Origin: Amoebophrya sp. A120
Lineage: Eukaryota; Protista; Dinoflagellata
Length of the DNA stretch: 64,000 bases
Direction of reading: 5' to 3'
Assembly: GCA_905178155.1 (NCBI GenBank)
Contig: CAJINV010000010.1
Coordinates: 3,368,587-3,432,586, forward strand
This document shows, piece after piece, positions 27,201 through 35,000 of this stretch; position 1 is the first letter of the stretch; every line of letters starts with the position of its first letter. Under the pieces are notes generated by a model. That model ran no database searches. It saw nothing but the letters and a program-made list of their open reading frames with translations, and was not told where the DNA came from. The position numbers were made by a program, and so were the translations under genes.

Positions 27201-28390
27201 AAACGCTCATCTTCGTCAGGGAATTCAGCAGCAGCGCTGCGTCCTGACTGTCGAAGAGGTTCGCACGAGAGAAATGCGTCTGAGGTGACGCAGAACCCAT
27301 TCCAGCTCCAGTCGTGGAGACGGTCATAGAACATTTACCTGCATAATCTAAAATCTCCAGCAATCTAATACAGCATTTGCGATAAAACTCCTTCTCGTCC
27401 TCGCACCCCGCTTTCACATATGCATTGCAAAAGTATCGCACTCCCACTCGTATAAATGCATTACAAATTTCCTCAGTATGAGAAATCCAAATCAAATTTG
27501 TCATGCGGATTTACCTTATGGGAAAAATTTGTAATGCATGACTGCAATTACTACGAGTACGATACTTTTGCACAGGATATCACAAACCCAGACACAATGA
27601 ACACGATCGTTTTCGGGGTGTTTATCGACTCCAGCAGGTAGATTGTCCGCTTTTTGAAGTCCTGCCAGATGCGGGAGGACGGGTTCTCCCGTCGGTTCGC
27701 GGCGGCGCGCACCGCGTGCGATAGCTCGTTGGGGTTCAGATGAGAAATATCGATCACATTTGGGTTGGTGGCTTTCTTGTAGTGGAAAGAGGTGTAGTTG
27801 TTTGAGGCTCTATTGCAGCTGTTGCCACTTCGTGAGGATGACGAGGAAGATGCCGAGGCCGCGTGGATTGCTGGGCTACCGTTCGCAGGTGCGAACGACC
27901 GCGGGCGCAGGAAGGTACCAGACGTAGAAGCGGCCGCGGCGGCACCCGTAGAAGTCGTGGCGGCTCCTGCGCGAGGACCTGTTAACCTTGGTGCAGGTGC
28001 CGTTTTCTGCTCCACCAGACGGGCTCTCGCAGCTCCATCGATTCCAGTCTCCGCAGCACCCACGCGCCCAGCGGACGCGAAAGGCCGTGGCCCTTGAAGA
28101 CGAGAACCCTGTCCGCCGCTGTTGATAAGAAGCTCTTGCGGATGTATTGAAGATGATCTACTAGCTTCCGCAGCAGTAGAGAAAACTCCGCTAGATTCAT
28201 CCGCTTGGGGGTTTTCCGCCACGGCAAAGGAAGTAGATGAACTCTTCGCACTGCTGCAACTGTAGAACGACCTCCGGTGGCTCTTCCGGCAAAACAATCG
28301 CTGGACCGGTGTTTTGGTCGTCCTTGTGCGGAAAGCGACCGCCAGCCGAGCGGGTTCCATGTGGTCGACTGAGATCATAGGCCACTGCAT
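21257..28390 (-). CDS. Helical-repeat (HPR/OPR/FASTK-like) putative organellar RNA-binding protein (~2211 aa)
   Basis: Four ORFs join in frame after removing three elements (166, 154, 178 nt), giving 6636 nt. Repeats include FTPQGVANVLHGFAKL, ATEQHLALTVHAFAKLG, FSPPELASSISALVRL, MSDQSLVNILYAIARL and LSQQVGNVLHALACL. The N-terminus is Arg/Ser-rich like a transit peptide. Confidence 0.7.
25458..25630. mobile_element. Introner family D, almost fully palindromic, DR TTCGA
   Basis: ~65-bp arms tatcccacagaaaaa and tttttctgtgggata; excision gives YFRKLHL. Confidence 0.9.
26747..26895. mobile_element. Introner family B, degenerate DR CACTC/CAGCC
   Basis: End gagtacgatacttttgcacaggata is shared with the 27419 and 55599 copies; frame restored. 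Confidence 0.8.
27419..27579. mobile_element. Introner family B, DR TCACA
   Basis: TIR tgcaaaagtatcg/cgatacttttgca; excision gives GFVKAG. Confidence 0.88.
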
Positions 28391-28603
28391 CTTTGAATTT
28401 ACTTTTACCCCGAACTTCTACCGGGCACAACTGAGGATGTATCAATTTTCATCGACTTTGCAGCCACGTCTGGGTCATGATCTAGTGCACCACGATCGAC
28501 ATCAGCTTGTACAACTGATTCGGGTGGCGCTACTGGGCCTTCCAGTGATCCAAAAAAGAAAAAAACAGCAATCAAGAGGCAAAAAAGGATACAGGATCTT
28601 TAT

Positions 28604-28956
28604 TGCTGAAACGGAAATCTTTCCGTTTGCACATGGATGTTATCAAGGAACGATTGTCAGCGGAGAACACCACCGTGACTTAGCCGCACGCGAGCAAGTA
28701 CACCTTGCGAGCAAAATACTTTACCAGGTCAGCAACACGCAATAAACAAAAATCCGGGTCCTTGAGCCACGAAGGCAGGTTTAGTTAAGTCCATTGAATA
28801 TTCATGTAGTTTCTAGTTAGGTTAGTAAACGTTGTACGAAGACGAGTAGACGTGCACGTATACGAGTTTTCAGTACGAACGATAAACATAACGCACGAAC
28901 CGACTCCCTTGACAACACCCATTCTGCAGACAGAAATTCTAGTTTACAACTTCGCA
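28604..28956 (-). repeat. 3' LTR
   Basis: tgctgaaacgg...ttcgca; 347/353 identical to 49074-49426 by manual alignment. Confidence 0.95.
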
Positions 28957-28964
28957 ATTCCCCG
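28957..28964 (-). promoter_or_regulatory. Short polypurine tract candidate
   Basis: Minus strand GGGGAAT immediately precedes the 3' LTR; unusually short. Confidence 0.4.
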
Positions 28965-29096
28965 GTGTTCGAGTGTCAAGGAAATCAGGTTCTTCAATCT
29001 ACTTTTAGAGGCTATCTAGGAGTGTAGATTATTTTTAGACTCTCTTTCACCTTTTTATTCTAAGTCAAAACGCATGCATGTTTTTGTGCATTTCTC

Positions 29097-29723
29097 TTAT
29101 GCGTTCTCGTCCTCGCACCGGATCCATTTCCGTAGTCGCTCCCATGATCCCGGCTCCACCTCGTCCATTTTCTTGCGGAACTCCCGGCACTCCTTCAGGT
29201 GATCGTAGTGCACCCACTTCTTCACTGCTTCCTCCACGTCCTGGTCCATAAACGTCTCCACCTGGCATTTCCAATGATCGGTGTGGATACCCTGATCGAG
29301 CGTCATCGTCTTCGTGTGACCAAAGAAGATAAAGAATCTTTTCAACTCGGTCATGGAGTGTTGTTCCGGGTTCGGATCGGGATGCGGCTTCCAGTTGCCG
29401 TTGCGGGTCAAACAAAACATCAAGAAGTCAATCTTGGCCGCAATTTTCGCAATTCCCGTCATGTCGAAGTCGATGTTTTTCGCCCCTATCCGGATCACGG
29501 CTACCAACTCGTGACGGTCCCGCTTGAGAATCCCGTAGGGACCGTTCAACAGGGCATCCATGTCCTGCAACAAGCGGAGCGGTTGACGTCCTTGAACAGG
29601 ATACTCGATCGGCATCATCACGCACAACTGGTGATCATACTCCTGCCGGAATTCCAAGTTGTCACGCAAGTCGTACTTCTTTAACCCATGCCAAACCTGG
29701 AACCACTTATTTGGGATCCATCA
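29097..29723 (-). CDS. Post-pol accessory ORF (~200 aa), 5' part disrupted
   Basis: Frame is open from about 29723 (WIPNKWFQVW...) to 29097; lies between RNase H and the 3' LTR; no TM segment seen. Confidence 0.55.
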
Positions 29724-29809
29724 GTAAGGGCGACGGTCCACTCCCCTTCTTCGGTGATTGCGGATGACGCTGCGTGATCGCTTGCATCCGACTTTCGGTC
29801 AACAACTCG

Positions 29810-30573
29810 TCAACGGGATCGGGCCCCAGTGGGCTCGGAAATAAAAAAATCGCGAATCCCAACAGAAAACCCAAAAAAAAATTTATTTCGCTGCCGCCCT
29901 ATTGTGCCAAACCACTCCACCGGGGCTCGCTTGATGGGAAATCCGTGGCCCCTACAGTAGCGCCGGGGCTTTGTCAACAGGCTGCGGGCCTGTGGGCTCC
30001 GGGGTTTCCCAACAGCTTCGGCGTATGAAATCGGGCACGCACTTGGTGGTCGGACACACACACTTTCCCCGAAAAAACAGAAAAGCAGCGAATTAATTTG
30101 CGCCAAAAAGTTATTTTTTTTGCGCCCCGAGTGCGACAGCAGTGCGACAGCAATGCGACACGGGTGCGACATTTTTCGGCTTCTTACTGAAATCCCTAAG
30201 AAAAATCACAACACCGCCGAAAGTCGATTTTTTTTAATTATTTCAGATTTTTTGTCGCACCAGAGTCGATTTTTTGTCGCAAAATTAATTGGCCACTCAC
30301 CCACCCAAAACTGGCCCACCCAGAACCCCTCTCCCATTCCGAAACACACACCGGCAACATGGGCCCCCTCTGCCGGCCCCACTGCAATCCCTTGCGCCCA
30401 CGCCTGCTTTTCCCGCCAAAGCCACAAACCCAAAGCACACAAGCAGAAAAAGAGAACACACCGCCGAGCGTCCGCAAGAACTACAAAAACCATGAGAAAA
30501 CTTGAAAGCGCGAAAATTTTCCGGCTTTTGTGATTTTTTTGCTTTTCTGACTACTGGGGGCCGATCCCGTTGA
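29810..30573. mobile_element. Second TCA...TGA fold-back insertion with a 6-bp direct repeat (AACTCG)
   Basis: Arms tcaacgggatcgggccccagtgg and ctactgggggccgatcccgttga; DR at 29804-29809 and 30574-30579. Confidence 0.8.
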
Positions 30574-31010
30574 AACTCGCTCTCGCTCCGCGGAGTGGCA
30601 CGCATGAGAAAATGATTTTGCGTGTTGCGTTTTTCAAAAGGATTGTAAGCAGTCATCTTTCTAGTTTACTCTGACTTTCTGAACTTAAAAGGAGCGGGCG
30701 AGATTCTTTTATATTTACATTTTGAAATTCAAAACTCAAACGGAAATCTGAACTTTTTACGCGGCTGGCTAGGTTTCTCTAAGTTTCCCTGTAGTTTTTA
30801 TTTTTGGTAGTGCATACTACTTTTTTGAGGTTTGGGTAGCTTTCTATTCAAAAATAACCATCAAAGTGAAACAACAAAGAGAGTTCGTTCTTACGTTTTG
30901 TGAAGCCCGAGCTTTCTAAACTTTATCATACAGAACTATTTTAAAATCATACATCACAACCTTCATGTTAACTGTTAAAATTTTTAAACAAAAGAAAACA
31001 ACAAGAGTTT

Positions 31011-32075
31011 TTAGATCTTTAGAAAATGACTATTGATTAGATCTGCAACAGATTCACGCAACTCTTCCTCCACCTTTGCACCTTTTCTGGTTAGTTTTAG
31101 ATCTTTTTCACCAGCATCGAGTCCTCCTTTTTTGATTTGATCTGCAAGCACTGTTCCCCTTTCCGTAATCGCCTTCTCCTTCTCCTCTGGCTTCTCCCAA
31201 TTCTTGTCGTATTTCTCCAACTTCCTCAACACCCCCACGGCATCTCCTCTTCCGTCGCCGGCACCAAGTCGATTCCAATTCCATCGTCCATGTTGGATTT
31301 GTCTGAAGAGTCGTCTCTTTTCGTTCGTGATAGGGAAGTGCTTGGTCAACAAGTCGGCGAAGTTACTTTTATCACTCAAATGAATGATAGGATGTTGACG
31401 ACGACGCTGAACAGATTTTGCTCTTTGTATTGCGCGGAATACGTGCGAGTCGCCCTCGAAGGATGCACTTCTGTTTAACGCGCGACTCACAACTGATGAA
31501 GAGTCAATGAAATCAAATTGACTAAAATCTTCACCGCGTTGTATCATTGCCGGCGTGATTGCTCCGCCGAATGAAATCTCAGTTAATTCTGAGAATCTCA
31601 ATTTTGTCATCTCCGTCAACTGTTTTCCAACGTCAAACGCTACGGCTTCGGAGCCGTAGCTTCCACTTATTGGAAAATCGTGCGTCTGCGCCGACCAGTG
31701 GAGCCAGCTAACGCGAAGTTGTTCTTGGCTCTGAGTCGCGCGCTGCAAGTTCGACATGCTGCAGACCAAAAGTGCGTAGCCCGTCATTGGTCTTAGTTGA
31801 TCGACTCGGGCGTCCAGCAACCGAGGATCATCCGGGAGAAGTAGCTCTGCAATCCCTTTGTTTACTTTCTTTTCCTTCTGTACTTTTACAGGCCGGGATT
31901 GGAAGGATCCATCCGTTATTTGTAAAAATGCCGGACTATTACAATCCAGCCACTGGCGCACAAAAACTCCTCCCTCCTTCTCCACCTCCTTCATTGCTTT
32001 TACTAATTCGTTTACTCTTTCCGCGTTTTCGGCTGTTCTTTCTGAGTCGTTTCCCGCACTGAAAGTCCTCTGCAT
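31011..32075 (-). CDS. Copia-type RNase H, in the -1 frame relative to RT
   Basis: ITDGSF, SYGSEAVA, FIDSSSV and NFADLLTK (ADxLTK hallmark). Confidence 0.85.
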   Translation of the reverse strand: MQRTFSAGNDSERTAENAERVNELVKAMKEVEKEGGVFVRQWLDCNSPAFLQITDGSFQSRPVKVQKEKKVNKGIAELLLPDDPRLLDARVDQLRPMTGYALLVCSMSNLQRATQSQEQLRVSWLHWSAQTHDFPISGSYGSEAVAFDVGKQLTEMTKLRFSELTEISFGGAITPAMIQRGEDFSQFDFIDSSSVVSRALNRSASFEGDSHVFRAIQRAKSVQRRRQHPIIHLSDKSNFADLLTKHFPITNEKRRLFRQIQHGRWNWNRLGAGDGRGDAVGVLRKLEKYDKNWEKPEEKEKAITERGTVLADQIKKGGLDAGEKDLKLTRKGAKVEEELRESVADLINSHFLKI

Positions 32076-35000
32076 GTATTGTATAAGAACTCTGGGATCC
32101 ATTCACTGATGTAGGATGTAGATCCTCTCACTCCGCGTAAACGGGTTATTTCCAGCTCGGAGAGAAGTGCGTTTGGTTCTGGTTTGGCGCCGCGTCGCGT
32201 GTTATCGGACTCCCAGAATCCTAATTCCCGCACCTTCTCGTGAAGTGAGACGTCCAAACATGATTTTCCGTTGACGAAGAGCGTCCTGATTTGTTTGCCT
32301 GTAAATGTATCCCATTCGGAACCGAGAGTGCGAAAGCAATCATCGGCGAGGCTAACAAATGCTCTCTTCATCAGGTTCTTCACATTTCCCACCAAGTTTC
32401 GGAATTTCAAGTTAATGAACATGATGAAGTCGTCCACGTGTGACGCCAGAATTGCTCCTATTTGTCCTTCAACATTTAGTCTGTAACAGGTCGTTGATAA
32501 AGCAGAAGGAACGCAATCGGCTGCTACCATTTCACTTCTACTCTTCCTGTAGAAAAGAAAGGCAGCATCGAGCAAGCCGTATTGTGGTATCCGTACCCGC
32601 AATCGACTATCGGGACGGAACTTGGTGTTGTAGATTTGATTCATTTTCTCCAATGCTGCTCGCAGTGCTTCACCCAGTCGGCCGGAGTCGCGTGGAAAAC
32701 GCATTTCTGGTCTCTTGGAGGGTTCGCATTCCTCCGTCAGGTTAAAAGCACGTGGCACATCAAAAAGGACAACTTCTAGTCCTTCGAAGGTACCCACTGC
32801 GAGACAGATGAGCCTAAGTTCGAGTGAAGAGAGCGTGGGAGAAGAATGCTCACCTTCTTCGAACGGTCTCTGTTGTTTGTGGCCGCCAGGTGCCCACCTG
32901 ACTTTAAAAGTCAGGTAGACATCCGATAACCATTTGGCGTCCAGTATGAGTCTACTCGTTAACACCGTTTTTACGTTGTCGTCTTCTGCTTCTTCTTCGC
33001 GGTTCTCGTCCTTCTTACTCGGGAGGTGAAGATGGTAGCTCTCGTCCTGTAGTAAAACACTTGCTTGCTTTTCGCCCTCGCGTGGGATGAGGTTGCCAAC
33101 CAATTCTTTCAACAGGGCCTGCGCGACAATGTCGAACATGCCGACTTCTTCAAGAACAGCAGAAGGATGCCAGTCTGCCAGTTTTCTTGCAGCTCGCAAA
33201 CGTTTTCTTGCCGCGGCTGTTACGCCTGGTCGGTGTATGGCTACTGCTCTTTCATCGGTGTTTTCAATGGCAGCTGCAAATTCGGAGGCAAATTCAAATC
33301 GAATTGCACATACGGTTCCTTCATCACTTTCCCGACCAAAACACAACCGCTCCTTGTCGTTCAACACTTTGTTGACGTAAAATTTGCAGCATGTCCTGTT
33401 CTTGTGCTGGCTTCCCTTGCCGTTCAACATTTTTGCGCGACCGGTTTCCCACGTGATCGAGATGTCGTCTAGAAGCCACCGTGGAGCCGCCCACCCTTCT
33501 TTCACGGATTCTGTCGAGAGAAAGTTTGCTAGTGTGGCGAAGGCTGCGCTTTCGACGTTGACCTGCCGAACATTTGTTTCCTTCAGTTCGTCCAGCACGG
33601 TTTTTAGACCTCTTGATCCTAGATCAAGCGGAATCCCGAGAGCTGCTTCTGTTGCCTCCCAGCTGATCTTTTTCTCGGGATCGAGTTTTCCTTTCTTCTG
33701 CGGCATGGACGGGTCTGCTTCTTGTAGTACGGTGCTCATGATCGCGATGTGGCTGTGCGTGTTAATCACATCCATCATACCCTCGAGGTCCTCGGTGCTA
33801 ATGTCGATGAAGTTGACCCTCCCGTCGTTGGCCAGATCGTCGAAGTCGCTTGTCCCTCCTAGTGCTGCACTTGGTGAAGTATTTTCGGCTTTAATATCCA
33901 CGCGCTCGAGCGGTTCTGAGGGATCGAGTTCTCTTGTCTCATTCTTTGTTTCGTCGATCATCACACCGGGCTTGGACTTGTCCTGGTCGTCGTGGTTTTT
34001 CCAGTTTGACGAGGAAGAAGAAGATGATTGTGATTTTGCCTTCTGATCGTTATCGCCCTCACCTCCTCCTTCTTCATCCCACTTTTTTAATCTGAGTTCG
34101 CGTTTAAGATCCTTTTCGCAAACCCAGCTCCCCATGGAAGCGAGTTGATCATCTGAAAGATCACCGCAAAAGGTCTTCGGAAACAACATGCAGCAGCGTG
34201 TCACGTTGTCCTTAAACGAAGGCACAACATACCGCCACTCGTGGCAGTCGGAGCACACTACCAATTTGCTTTCTCCGACAACTCCTTCACGGAGACCGAG
34301 TTGCTTCCTAATTCTGCGAAAATAACCTTTGTCTTTCACCTGTTCGCAGATGCTGGCGATGTGCGGAATGTCAGCTGATCTTATTTCCACGCCGTCGGGC
34401 ATGCCGGCTAGCAGCTCCGAGTCAACTACTCTCCTAATATGCGTCTTCGGAATTTTTGATACTGCTGCTGTTGATGAAAGTGGACGAATTCCCCAGACTT
34501 TTCCGGAGCAATCCTCCACGTAACCCGGTACCCAGCGTCCGGCTTTGTTCTTCCACTCAATCAAGTCCCCTTTTTTAATACCTCGCGGCCCTCGATTTAA
34601 ATCGGTTAACTTCTCCCAGAGGTGTTGAAGACCAGCATGAAACTCCTTGTCCAAATGAGCTTCTGCTACGCAGGAACGGGCAGCTTCGCGATGTTCGGCT
34701 CGGACAGTGGAGGAATTTGCGGCGGCATCAACGTCAAAATACCGCATCGCGTTCAGGTCTGGCGCTTCACCGTTGTGTCGGATCCTCCATTCCTCGTCCC
34801 GTTCGAGATATGCTCGATAACCGTTTCTCTCCCTACGCGCTGCGAGTAGAACCTGGATCAAGCTAGACAGAGCCAAGTGTCGCAGGAGAGGGTGACGAAG
34901 AGCAGCTTCAAGCTCTGACTTCAAGTGTAAGCTCATCACTTCGGCCAGTGCCATTGCTGTTGGTGATGCCGTACTCACGACAAACACACGCACACCGTAT

